A DNA stretch of 64,000 nucleotides. It comes from Azolla caroliniana. Lineage: Eukaryota; Plantae; Polypodiophyta. The stretch is taken from positions 26,784,001 to 26,848,000 of the forward strand of contig JBHGNT010000002.1 of the NCBI GenBank assembly GCA_043228905.1. The letters run 5' to 3'. The position numbers were made by a program, and so were the translations under genes. The notes beneath the pieces were generated by a model that saw only the letters and a list, made by a program, of their open reading frames with translations, searched no databases and was not told the origin of the DNA. Positions 1-11,092 of this stretch are shown here, piece after piece. How positions within the stretch are numbered: the first letter of the stretch is position 1; each line of letters begins with the position of its first letter.

Positions 1-1179
1 TATTGTTAAAAGTTCATTATTAGATTGAATAGGCACCTTTATCATTGACAATGTGCCATATAAAGGCACAATGTCTATTAGTTGTGCTAGTTATGGTTTC
101 TACGATGTGGTAGCCACCTTATTGGAATAGAAAGGTAAATTGTAATGGGACAATGCACTTGTCACTTGACATTAGTTTTTCATGGTCCTCGCCTGTAGCA
201 TATTTAAGTTGACATTGTCATGAAGATTGAGAGCTGTAATTACTTATGATGTGCTCATTAGAGAGTCGATCAACGATCAACAGGAACCCATATTTCAAAA
301 CATAGGACATACAAAACATTTGTTGTCAACATTGAAAGATGTGTCTTAACATTAAATGCTTGTGTCACAATAAAGAACTTGTACTCGTGCAAAAAGGAGT
401 TTGACTATCTACGATTATGAGTTGGGCTTTAATATAAGTTTCCAAAAAACAATCATATGAAAAGTTTGATAAGAGAAACTACTAAGCATATATTCAATAA
501 AAGCTACTACGCAAATGTTTGTTGTATTTGTCATTTTGCAAACATTCGACTAGCTTTAAGAATGATAAATCATATAGTTAATTGCCATAATGGAACCAAT
601 TAGATCTATAATATGATTTGCCAACCTAACCTAATACATAACTTGTTGTCTCATAGACCCATGGTCATGCATGTATTGGAAATGTGAATGCCTATTACAA
701 ATTTCTACCTGGCACTAAGCTTGCTTGATGAGGCAAATTTCGTAAGATTTCTTGTTGTGTTTTATGGCTTGCATTTTTGCAACCGTTTTAAAGCTCGCCT
801 TTCTTGGTTCCTCCATATTAAATACGTCTTCAAGTTTCACGAGCACTTTTTTGTTCTGCTTCAAGGAGGCAAAATCCTAAAACTTGACCTTGGGGTAACC
901 GAATGAAAAAATAGCATAAGTCAACATGTGTTGTTAAAGGAATAACAAGCCCCTTAGGCCTAATTCAGTGAAGAAAATTTCTCCTTAAGAATAATGCAGA
1001 AGCGCATGAATGAATGTGTGTTTTTCGAAGTTTTTTTTTTTCCAAAAATGTTTTTCGAAGTTTTTGGAATTGGAAAACAAGAAAATGCGCACATTTTACA
1101 GCAATTGGAAAACAAGAAAACCAAATTCATTTGTACACAGAGAGTTTTGCACAATCCACTTGAAATATGTGGAAACGAG

Positions 1180-1340
1180 AACTACGAAAGCAACTCCAAC
1201 AAGGTATGGAGTGGACCTACGACGCTACCTTGCCAAGGTGTAGAATGGATGTTCTTTTTTTGCTAGAAAATTACGAAAGCAACTCCACCAAGGTATGGAA
1301 TGGATCTACGAAGTGACCTTGCCAAGGTGCAGAATGGACG
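1180..1340. repeat. Degenerate ~90-bp tandem duplication
   Basis: tacgaaagcaactcca(a/c)caaggtatgga.tgga.ctacga....accttgccaaggtg occurs at ~1183-1250 and ~1272-1340. Confidence 0.8.
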
Positions 1341-2109
1341 GGTTTTTTCTTTCCCTTTCGGAAAACTACAAAAGTATGCCATCGAGGTGTAGAATGTAAT
1401 AATGAGGGGTTTGGAAAGACTACGAAGCTACGATTTGCCGTGGCAACAAATGTGAAAGGTTTCAGAAGGCGATGAAATTTACCCCCGCAAGGTGGTATAC
1501 AAGTTTTATGTACGGGTCAGGCGAAGAAGGGGGGGGGGGGGGGGGCAGTGGTTTTGTTTGAGGGTATGCTTGTAAATATAGAAAACCCAATGGGGGAATT
1601 TCACAAGTGTGAAGAACCAAACATAAATTCATCATCATACAAATAAGGGAAAGAAAAGGTAATGATTTTGAAGTGATTGATGGTTGGATTCAAAATATAG
1701 TTATGCAACCCCAACAAAAAAACTGATGGAAAAATAATATACACACAAATTTGTTTTTTTGCATATGTTATCTGTTGTTGTATGCATAATGATAAGAAGT
1801 AGAAGAAGCAGAAAGCTGAGCAGTTTGAAATGATTCAGTTATATGTATTGAATGCTCTGTTTTTTTGGGGGAAAACACAATCCCTTTGCATACATATGAA
1901 GAAAAAAAGCTCTCTGTTTTTCCTCATCTGTCCATCAAAAACCTGCATTATATCTTGCAAGTATGATCATCAAATCTTTGTAATGAAAAGAGCCCATTTA
2001 CTGTCTCTGTATATATACACACACACACACACACACACAAATTAATTTAGCATCCCCCCCTCGTTTTGTTCAGTTCAGTAGAACTACATAGCTTATATAC
2101 AAAGAATCA

Positions 2110-3678
2110 ATGGGTTACACCATTACTGGATCATCAAAATCCCATCCATTCATGCTAGTAATCCTATCTTTCTTCTCCTTCTCCTTCTTTTTCATTTTCA
2201 TCATGAATGCAATGCATTTCTCCTTTCAAATCTCCATGGTGGAGGCCATGGATGATGACGATTACCGCGAAGAAGAAGAAGAAAATTCAATGAAGGAATC
2301 AGAGAGAATCGCTTTCTATAAAGTGGCAGAGGCATTGAACCCATCAATTGCATGGAGAGATCTGTACCCAGACCCTTGCCTTGATCCCCCACAAGGCTCA
2401 TATTGTGAACAATTTGAGGACAATTTCTACTCTCTCACCGCATTAACCTTTGGTCCAATCTATGACAACACCCCATCTTGTTCCTACAATGCATGGATCC
2501 ATCCATCCATCTCTAACCTCACGCGCCTCCGAAGCCTCACTTTCTACAGATGCTTCATTGGTAACACCACAAGTCTTCCCCCCGATATTGCGACTCTTAA
2601 GGAAACCCTAAGAGTCCTCTCGCTCAGAGGCAATGCCGGTCTTGTTGGCCCGATTCCACCTCAATTTGGCAACTTGCTCCATTTGGAGAGGTTTGTGGCC
2701 AATGGGAATGGTCTCCAAGGGCTTGTGCCTATGGAATTAGGGGACTTACAATACCTGAGACAACTTGATTTGAGCAACAACAAGCTACAAGGGGAAGTGC
2801 CTAGCTCCATTGCCAAGCTGAAAGAGCTTGTGGTGCTTGATTTGAGTAGGAATAGGTTGAGTGGAGAGGTTTCACCTCAAACCTTCATAGGTATGGATAG
2901 CCTTGTGAAACTTGATCTCAGCAAGAACATGTTGCAAGGGAGCATTCCTTATAGTATTGGATCACTGGGACATAGTCTCAAGCTCCTGGATTTGAGCTAT
3001 AACCAATTTGTTGGGGAGATCCCAACATCTTTCTCGAGCCTACGGCGTCTAGAGGAGCTTAACTTGGGCCATAACAAGGGACTAGGTGGAGATATACCCA
3101 CCCAGATATGGCCACATATGGAGTTCTTGATGAGCTTGGATCTCTCCAATTCTTCCTATGAAGGTCAGATTCCTTCAACTTTTGAGTCTTTGAAAAACCT
3201 AAGGTGCCTTGATGTGAAGAAGAACAAGTTGATAGGGGATATACCAATGGGATTAGAGAGGCTCCCATCTCTATACCTTCTCCATCTCAATGGAAACAAT
3301 TTGTCTGGAACTCTTCCTTTCTCGCTAACATTCGTCAAGAAGCTTGGTCCCAATCTTTTGCTTGGTGATGGAAACTATGGGTTATGCTCTCCTTTACAAA
3401 ACCGATTTCACAGGAGTGTTAAAGCTTGTCCAACTACTACCACTAGTAGTACTAATACTAGGAACCCAGAAACTCTCCAACTCACTTCAACCTCTTCTTC
3501 TCTCCTCAATGATACTAGTGCCAATTCCTCATCCACTCGTTCTAATTCGAACTCTTTCAACTCAAATCATCATCCTACAATTACTAACAATGCCAAAGTT
3601 TTACATATTGTCTCACCGATTATACCCATCATAGTGCTTCATTTGGGATTAATTCTCGAAGCAACAAACTTGTGTTAA
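2110..3678 (+). CDS. LRR receptor-like protein (PII-2/RLP29/TMM-like), no kinase domain, possible GPI anchor
   Basis: 522-aa intronless ORF: hydrophobic N-terminus, cap WRDLYPDPC...FGPIYDNTPSC, about 11 plant LRRs (LxxLDLSxNxLxGxIP), Ser/Thr/Asn-rich stalk, hydrophobic C-terminal tail. Confidence 0.9.
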   Translation: MGYTITGSSKSHPFMLVILSFFSFSFFFIFIMNAMHFSFQISMVEAMDDDDYREEEEENSMKESERIAFYKVAEALNPSIAWRDLYPDPCLDPPQGSYCEQFEDNFYSLTALTFGPIYDNTPSCSYNAWIHPSISNLTRLRSLTFYRCFIGNTTSLPPDIATLKETLRVLSLRGNAGLVGPIPPQFGNLLHLERFVANGNGLQGLVPMELGDLQYLRQLDLSNNKLQGEVPSSIAKLKELVVLDLSRNRLSGEVSPQTFIGMDSLVKLDLSKNMLQGSIPYSIGSLGHSLKLLDLSYNQFVGEIPTSFSSLRRLEELNLGHNKGLGGDIPTQIWPHMEFLMSLDLSNSSYEGQIPSTFESLKNLRCLDVKKNKLIGDIPMGLERLPSLYLLHLNGNNLSGTLPFSLTFVKKLGPNLLLGDGNYGLCSPLQNRFHRSVKACPTTTTSSTNTRNPETLQLTSTSSSLLNDTSANSSSTRSNSNSFNSNHHPTITNNAKVLHIVSPIIPIIVLHLGLILEATNLC

Positions 3679-4705
3679 AGCCAACATTTACGTTATATGC
3701 TAATGTGGTGCCAATGAGTTAACCCCCAAGTTCCATCTTCTTAATACCTTGGCTATTATATTTTAATCATTTCGGTTCCTATAGGAACTATTAGGACTTT
3801 TACACTAAAATTTCCCACCTTGTCATGGGCCATCCATCTGCAATTTTATTAGCACCATGTGTAAAGATCCTAATAGATATTCCTTTGTCAATGACATCTC
3901 TAATGCAAATTCTTGGAAGTGTAAACATAGTCATACTAATCTGGATTATTGTGGAAGATGCTTTCACTTGTATTGAAGGTGACCAAAGATTCACAAAAGT
4001 CTATACTCTACATGCAATATGTACTCCCGACAAGTCGCTGGGCTTTTGGATGCTCATATCATGGGCAATCAATTCCAAATGATATGCCCATAAAAGCTTA
4101 ATAAACAAATAAATAAAGGCAACAAATGTGAATGCACCAAAGCTTTTAGTACGGATATTTATGCTCTAGATATATACAACTTTGAATTAGTATCAGTACA
4201 TAAAGCATTCTCTCCGTCAACATCTCCTTGTTTATTCAATTGACTTTATGTAGTTGAATTCAAGTTTCCTGGACAACCAGAAAGTCAGATCCTATCACCA
4301 ACAAATACCATACCATAAATGTCATGAACTCCTAAAGCAAATGTAATTGTATTTGCATTCACAAATCATTGTGAGCAACATGCTGCAATGTTTGTACTTA
4401 TGTGAGGAATCATATGCAATGGTATTGGTTCATTTCAGTCACAAATAGCATAATTTATGTATGGCACCAGTGTCATATATGCAAAATTTTAGCTTCTGCA
4501 CTGTCTTTAGTAGAATTTGAATTGATAATAGTACATGAGGGTGTGGAAATCTATGTATCCAAAAGTTAGAAATCCGAACAAAAGTTAAATGGCCGTTGGC
4601 TTCTACCATGATGGATACTACTAGAAATCATTGATTTCGGTTTCACTGTGGAGATATTTTGTTCTTCTGTCTAGTTCTTGTAAACATATCAGTCATTCTC
4701 ATAGG

Positions 4706-5360
4706 TGAGCATTTTTAGTTATAATCTCCTGCTGATTATAATTGAACATTTTGGTATTTTAAAAATATTAATCCATCTGTCTGTTTTTCTTTCTTTATTC
4801 TTTTCAATCATTCACCTTCTTTTAGGGCATCCAAAGATGAGAGCATTTTCCGTTATAATCTCCTGTTGGGTCTCATAGGACATTTTGGTGGTTTAAAGAT
4901 GCAACCCCATCTATCTGTCCTCATTTTCTTCTTTTCTATCACTCATGATATAAAGACATATGCGGTCGCACCAAAAAGGCTGTAGATGGAGGACATCCAA
5001 GGGTGCAACAGCATTTTCAATGATAATCTCCTATTGGGTGTCATAGACCATTTTGGTGTTTCAGAGTTGTTAATCCATCTGCCTATCTTTCTCTTCCTTC
5101 TTTTCAATCACTCGCCTTCTTGTAGGCCAGTAAGAGAATACAAGTATGATATCAAGACATGTGATACCATTCAAAGGCCGTTGATGGAGGGCATCCAAAT
5201 GTGAGACAGCTTGGGGTTTTTGAGATGTAACTATCTGTCTACCTTTCTCTCTTTCTTCTCTTCAATCATTCACCTTCTTGTAGGCCTGTGTGAGCATACA
5301 GGTTTGACATTAAGACATATGCGGTTGCATCCAAAGGTTGTAGATGGAGGGCATCACGAA
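4706..5360. repeat. Degenerate tandem array (~4 units, 130-200 bp) derived from the 3' end of the PPR gene
   Basis: Recurrent agcattt...ataatctcct...acattttggt...ccatct.tct...tcaatca.tc.ccttct. aagacat.tg...aaagg..gt.gatggagg.catc recurs at ~4953, ~5154 and ~5312 (the last inside the CDS). Confidence 0.75.
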
Positions 5361-7620
5361 ACACTAACTTTCCCATTTCTAGATTACCATGAGTCCGACA
5401 TGCACCCAATAAGCCCAGCAAAATATTCATGTCGGCCTGCTTTGGCATTCCACTCAACATCATTTTCACTCCTTTGAGATTTCCAGCACGACCAAGTAAA
5501 TCGATCATAATTGCATAATGTTTTAATGCTGGCGTCAAACAATGCAATCTGCTCATGGATCCAAATATATCCAGAGCTTCTCGTACTAGTCCTGAATGAC
5601 GAAAAGCTGAAAGAAGAGAAAGGAAAGCAACTCTATCTGGCTCAATACCAGCAAAAAGCATCCTCGAAAAGGTTCTTAAACAAAGAGCACAATTCCCTTC
5701 TTGAGAATAACCAGCTATGCATGCACTCCATGCTACCACGTCCGGTTCAAAAAGTCCATCAAAGACTGATTGAGCCTCATTCATGCTAGCACATGTACCA
5801 TAAGCATGAACAAGTGTATTAGCAAAGAGACGACTAGTATCTTGCCAAGAAGATACAGTGCTGAAATGAAGTTGCCTCACGATTTCTAAGCACCCAAGTC
5901 CTCGACACGCTTGCAAAACACTTACAAGAGCAATATCAGTCAAAGCTATGTGTTGTTTTTGCATATCTTTGTAGAATTGCAAAGCCTTATCTCCTAAACC
6001 TTCTTTAACGTAAGCAGATAGCATGGCAGTCCATGAGACAACATCACGTTCACATAAATTTTTGAATGCATCTTCTGCTTCTATAACAGCTCCGCACTTT
6101 CCATACATGCTCACAAGCATACTTCCTACAAGAACATCAGACTCTAACCCCTTTCTTCTCGCATCAATATGTACAGCACAACCGATTTGAAACGAGACCG
6201 ACTTTATCGAGCATTCTTCTTCTGTGAGTACAGCTTCTTCTTTATCCGCCAAAACCCCACACGCTTTAAGGGCAAACACGAAAGTTAACTTGTTCGGACA
6301 GACACCTTGAAGACACATGTATCTATAGAGTTTTAATGCTTTCTCGCCTTGTCCTTGCTCGGCATATACTGAAATCATAGCTGTCCATGCAACAACATCA
6401 CACTCTGAAACATCACTACATGCAATCTCTGCTTCCTTAATAGCTCCTAGCTTGCCATAGAAGTTTAATAGTGTACTACCGATAAACACATCTGTTGTGA
6501 TACCATCTCTTCGAGCATCTGCATGCAAAGCTCGGACGATTTCAATTGGAGCTACATTATTTGATGTATTCTTTCGCACTGCATTGGCCTTTTCATCTTC
6601 TGCAAGGATACCACAAGCTTGGACAGCAGAGACAAAGGGTAGCCTATATCGGTCCACGCCTTCCTCTGTCATTTGTCTAAATAGCTGCAAACATCTCTCC
6701 CCTTGACCATCATTTATATATGCCGCAAGCATCCCACTCCACGCAGCAACGTCTCGAACCTCCATATCTTTGAACACAATCTCGGCCAAAACAATGTCCC
6801 CACATTTCCCATACATACTCACAAGAGTGCTCGCAAGAAAGAGGTTCGAAGTGAACCCTTTCTGTTGAGCTTCAGTGTGTAATCTCTTGCCTTGATCAAG
6901 ATCCAGGAGGTTAGCACACGCTTTGAAAAGGCTAAGAAAGGTGCAAGCATCAGGTTCGACCCCATCTTGGACCATTAGCTCGTATGTTTCGAGCGCTTCA
7001 CGATCCTTTGCAAAATCGACACAAGCCGAGATGATAGCTGTCCAAGAGAAAACACTTCCTTTGGGCAAAGACCCAAGCAATTCCCAAGCTTCATCAAGCC
7101 CGCCACATTTGGCCAGTGTGACGACCAAGAAATCGGTAAGGAAACCCGAGAGCCGAACAACATTGACATGCGACAAGATGTGGGAGTGGATGTGTTTGGC
7201 ATGGGAGAGCGCACGTTTTTTTATGCAAGCCTTTAAGAGAGACATATACATACCTTGGGTTGGAACAAAGTAAAGCTGATCCATGAGAGGGAGCAAGGAC
7301 AGGGCCTTGTCAAGGTGGCCATGTCGGGATAAGGTGAAGATCTCTTCCGAAATGGAGCAAGCCGAGGGGGCTGCGCATAGAGACTGGAGAATCTGGGATA
7401 GGTCTGAATCCACCCATGTGGGTTTGTTGTGATTGTCTAGCCACAGGGGCTCTCTGCTGAGCTTGTGGCGGAAATCGGGATGAAGAGGATTTGTTTTGCT
7501 GCGTCTGAAATCCCACCAGTCGGAAGGGTTGGAGAAGAGAGATTCCCATACTTTCTCTGCCTCAGCTCCTGCTCCTCCTCCTGCTGTTGCTCTGTGGAAC
7601 AGAGTTGCTCGAGCTTCCAT
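5266..7620 (-). CDS. PLS-class PPR protein (E-truncated) with an N-terminal OSB-type PDF motif
   Basis: 784-aa ORF with repeated LVSMYGKCG / DVVSWTAM / PDxxTF motifs and a terminal E domain (LLGACRTHGN...AYVLMSNLY). The N-terminus carries WESLFSNPSDWWDFRRSKTNPLHPDFRHKLSREPLWL. Confidence 0.93.
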   Translation of the reverse strand: MEARATLFHRATAGGGAGAEAEKVWESLFSNPSDWWDFRRSKTNPLHPDFRHKLSREPLWLDNHNKPTWVDSDLSQILQSLCAAPSACSISEEIFTLSRHGHLDKALSLLPLMDQLYFVPTQGMYMSLLKACIKKRALSHAKHIHSHILSHVNVVRLSGFLTDFLVVTLAKCGGLDEAWELLGSLPKGSVFSWTAIISACVDFAKDREALETYELMVQDGVEPDACTFLSLFKACANLLDLDQGKRLHTEAQQKGFTSNLFLASTLVSMYGKCGDIVLAEIVFKDMEVRDVAAWSGMLAAYINDGQGERCLQLFRQMTEEGVDRYRLPFVSAVQACGILAEDEKANAVRKNTSNNVAPIEIVRALHADARRDGITTDVFIGSTLLNFYGKLGAIKEAEIACSDVSECDVVAWTAMISVYAEQGQGEKALKLYRYMCLQGVCPNKLTFVFALKACGVLADKEEAVLTEEECSIKSVSFQIGCAVHIDARRKGLESDVLVGSMLVSMYGKCGAVIEAEDAFKNLCERDVVSWTAMLSAYVKEGLGDKALQFYKDMQKQHIALTDIALVSVLQACRGLGCLEIVRQLHFSTVSSWQDTSRLFANTLVHAYGTCASMNEAQSVFDGLFEPDVVAWSACIAGYSQEGNCALCLRTFSRMLFAGIEPDRVAFLSLLSAFRHSGLVREALDIFGSMSRLHCLTPALKHYAIMIDLLGRAGNLKGVKMMLSGMPKQADMNILLGLLGACRTHGNLEMGKLVFRDALHLQPLDATAYVLMSNLYAHTGLQEGE

Positions 7621-8533
7621 TTACCTCAAACGCCCAACAGCCAAAGCTCACACATTTTGAATGAATTTGGGATTGGAAGCCATACAAATCACTTGTTTGT
7701 TTGTTTGTTTTGTTTGTACACACAAATAATGAGTGCCAATGAGTTTGTTGTCCGTGGCCGGACAAAAGTCGTCCGTTCATAATGTCTGTTGAGACCAGTC
7801 GTACCAAGGCTTATACATTTTTAGTTGAAGTTTCGGCATTTGGTTAGCATGATAATTGTGTGGGGGTAGGGTCCCATTGACACCCCACCACACCCAACTA
7901 CGTACAATATATGAAGCAGCCTGCCTTGATTGTAGAACCTTATAATTCTTTACATCGTATATAGATAGAAGCGTAAGGGAAAGTACCATGCTTGGGAAGG
8001 TCTGCCCAATGCCTCCTCACCTTGGACATTATAGGGAAACATCAAGGGAAAAACCGAGAATCGGAACACAATTCTCGACCCCCTTCCACTACCCACTCTT
8101 CATGTCCGTCGTGGCACCGTGAGAAGCTCATGGCGATGGACATGGCAAGGAACACCTGAAAGAAAAAAATGGTTGTTGAGAATGTATAAGAAACAAAGCT
8201 AGTCAGCTTCTTCCAAGTATGATGTGGGTCATGTTCATGGGGCGCAAGAAATAGATAGTTGGATTTTACTATTGTCCTCGAACCAAATATGGTAATATGT
8301 CTACTTGAACTTTCATAGCAAGTGCCATTGGGATGTTAAGGGTGGTAGGTAAGTTGGAAAATCTTACATAGGCTTTCATTGAACGAGGGCACATTTCGTC
8401 TCGGAATAGTCCTTTTGAGACAACAAGTATTAGAGGTGGCAAGTCCAATCGATTAACCTTGACTATTGTATTACAATATTAGCACCCTTCCTTTTTTGTG
8501 TTCATCACAGGTGTGTATAGAGAGAGCATGCAT

Positions 8534-8536
<3 letters not shown>

Positions 8537-8595
<59 letters not shown>

Positions 8596-8800
8596 TATGT
8601 TCAAATAACTAGATCCATCCATCCATACATACATACATACATATATTCATAACATACATACATACATATATGAGTGATATCTATACATACATATAATACA
8701 TCATACTTACATTATACATACATACATACATATAATACATCATACTTACATACATACATACATTATTACATATAATACATCATACATACATACATACATG
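8537..8800. repeat. (CA)n microsatellite followed by TACA-rich compound repeats
   Basis: Long acacac run at 8537-8591, then catacata/cataatacat repeats. Confidence 0.9.
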
Positions 8801-8859
8801 CTGAATGTTATCTGAGTGGAGAGAGTGTGCTTCTGTTTCATTGGCCCCCCTTTTTTCTT

Positions 8860-8919
8860 CCAATCTCCACACACACACACACAAAAATCCCCTTATCCAT
8901 CCCCTGCCCTCACCTTATC
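8860..8919 (+). promoter_or_regulatory. PsaF promoter: CCAAT box plus two I-box (GATAAGG, reverse orientation) elements
   Basis: ccaat at 8860; ccttatc at 8891-8897 and 8913-8919, ~150-180 bp upstream of the ATG. I-boxes are typical of light-regulated photosynthesis genes. Confidence 0.5.
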
Positions 8920-9071
8920 TTCTTCCACACAACTCTCACTCAGTAGCTGTGAAGAAAGAGAAGAAGATACAAACCTCCCCTCTCTCTTTCTTCACACACA
9001 TACAGCAAACAACCCTTGTGATTCTGTACAGAGCAACAGCAGATCAGTTCAGTGCAGTGCAGTGCTGAGCT

Positions 9072-9821
9072 ATGGCAGCCTCCACACTCACATTCATCAC
9101 CCCCTCCGGCCTCTCCACACCCCTCAAGGATCTATCCTCCACCAAATCCTCCTGCTTTGCCAATTCCCCTGCATCCCGATTTGCCCCTGTTCTGCCTTGC
9201 AAACCACGCGTGTCGTGCTCCGCAAACCCTAATGCTAATAACCCCGAGCAGAATGATGGAGCCAAGAAGATGGCCACTGCCCTTGCCCTTGCTGCTGTGC
9301 TGGCCACGTCACCGATCCAGGAGGCCATGGCTGATGTTGCAGGGCTGACACCGTGCAAGGATTCGCCCGCATTCGCCAAGCGACAAGGGAAAGCCATCAA
9401 AAAGCTGGAGAAGAGGCTAGCCAAATACGCACCCGACAGTGCGCCTGCCCTCGCCATCAATGCCACGATCGAGAAGACAAACAAAAGGTTTGCTTTCTAT
9501 GGTAGCCAGGGGCTCCTGTGCGGCAATGACGGCCTCCCTCACCTCATCGTCGACGGAGACCAAGCCCATCTCAAAGAATTTGTTTACCCTGGTATATTGT
9601 TCTTATACATTGCTGGCTGGATCGGATGGGTTGGTAGATCTTACCTGATCGAGATCAAGGCCACAACTAAGAAACCTGCAGAGAAGGAGATAATCATCGA
9701 TGTTCCCCTCGCGACCCGTCTCTCGTGGAGAGGATTTGTCTGGCCCCTCGCTGCCATTTCGGAATTCAGGAACGGTAAGCTTATCGAAGATGCATCCAAC
9801 ATCACCGTATCTCCTCGATAA
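9072..9821 (+). CDS. PSAF: Photosystem I reaction centre subunit III, chloroplast precursor
   Basis: Bipartite transit peptide ending [14 protein letters not shown]; conserved [33 protein letters not shown] and [10 protein letters not shown]. Confidence 0.98.
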   Translation: MAASTLTFITPSGLSTPLKDLSSTKSSCFANSPASRFAPVLPCKPRVSCSANPNANNPEQNDGAKKMATALALAAVLATSPIQEAMADVAGLTPCKDSPAFAKRQGKAIKKLEKRLAKYAPDSAPALAINATIEKTNKRFAFYGSQGLLCGNDGLPHLIVDGDQAHLKEFVYPGILFLYIAGWIGWVGRSYLIEIKATTKKPAEKEIIIDVPLATRLSWRGFVWPLAAISEFRNGKLIEDASNITVSPR

Positions 9822-11092
9822 GCGCTATGCACTTTGTTGTCACTTCTTTCGATCCTTTTGATGATTGCAGTGGTTACACTTCACTTCATTTTGCTTTTTA
9901 TGCTATGCTCTATATGCTTTTGTATCTTTTGAAATGTCCTTATGGTCTTTTAGTTTGGGACTAATTATGCGCTTTAGATCTACAATTACTTCAAATCAAA
10001 ATAATATTTGTACATTCTCTCCATACACTCGTACGATGATGTTGGCATTGGACATGGTGAACTGGTACTAAAAACAGCCCAAAAACGATGTCTATGCCAT
10101 GTTTCCTCATGAGCTATCATGCTACCCACAAATCAGAGTGGATCTATTGGTTATTGATTATCTCCACATTGATGTGATTTGATGACACTGGAGTTGTTTA
10201 GTATTAGTGCCCAAAAATGCTGTTTATGCCATGTTTTGTTATCTTCTCAGTGGGGAGCTCTGGTAGGTTAGGCGATGGCAATGGAGTTAATTACACAAGC
10301 TCACATCTAAATTTCTATTCTGCAAAATACTAGAAAAAACAATATATATTGATGCCCATTGATTGATCATCACTATCCACACCAGAGCGCAAAGGCAAAG
10401 TAGCTTGAACTCTTTTTTGAAGTTTTGGTTTAGCTGATACTTCTCCCTCTTACAATTCTGCCAATTTCAATGGAAGTGTGTATTAAGAGAGTTAATAGTT
10501 CAAAATTCAAATTGTTGTGAAATCAAATGTATGCAGACACTTGCCCTCCTTGGTATAGCTAAGTACATTTAGAAGTTGGATAGTAAACTAATCAATTCTG
10601 TCTGTGTAGCAAAGCTGAAGAAATGATCAAAATGTTAGATGATGAAATAGCATATTGTCCTGATAGACTATGGTCAATGTGATCAAATATAAAAAAGGAA
10701 GGTGTTCCTTGAACTGTACATCGTGTTCATTCTGTTTTCTCCATGATCTCTTGACATGGATGTTCCCGTCTATACACAATGGTTGTAATTGGCTATGTCC
10801 TATGTGTTCCAAGTTCCATGTATGTGTCACATCTGGGCATAATATGGGATCTGTGCAAGCCTGTTACGAGCCACAAGGCTGAGGAGAGATTTAGGATAAT
10901 CCTCCATCCACACAATTGACATAGTTGATGTAGTCACTATAGCAAAATGGTAACGATTAATATGAGGGTGAATCACGTGGTGAGTGTTTGGCAATTATGA
11001 AATCAATTATGATGGTGAATCATGAGAACAAAAATATCTGAAATACAACATGTGGCCTGAAATTAAAATAAATGTTTTGTTAGTATTACACT

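Noticed and set aside
709-876. Exon-like minus-strand frame (DFASLKQNKKVLVKLEDVF...)
   Set aside because: An in-frame TAG precedes the candidate donor, and no family or partner exons are recognisable.
8816-9484. Overlapping alternative-frame and antisense ORFs around PsaF
   Set aside because: Shadows of a GC-rich real CDS with no independent motifs.
10627-10882. Cys/His-rich ORFs downstream of the PPR at 11093, considered as a detached DYW exon
   Set aside because: No PG box, HxE or DYW-type motif on the PPR strand.
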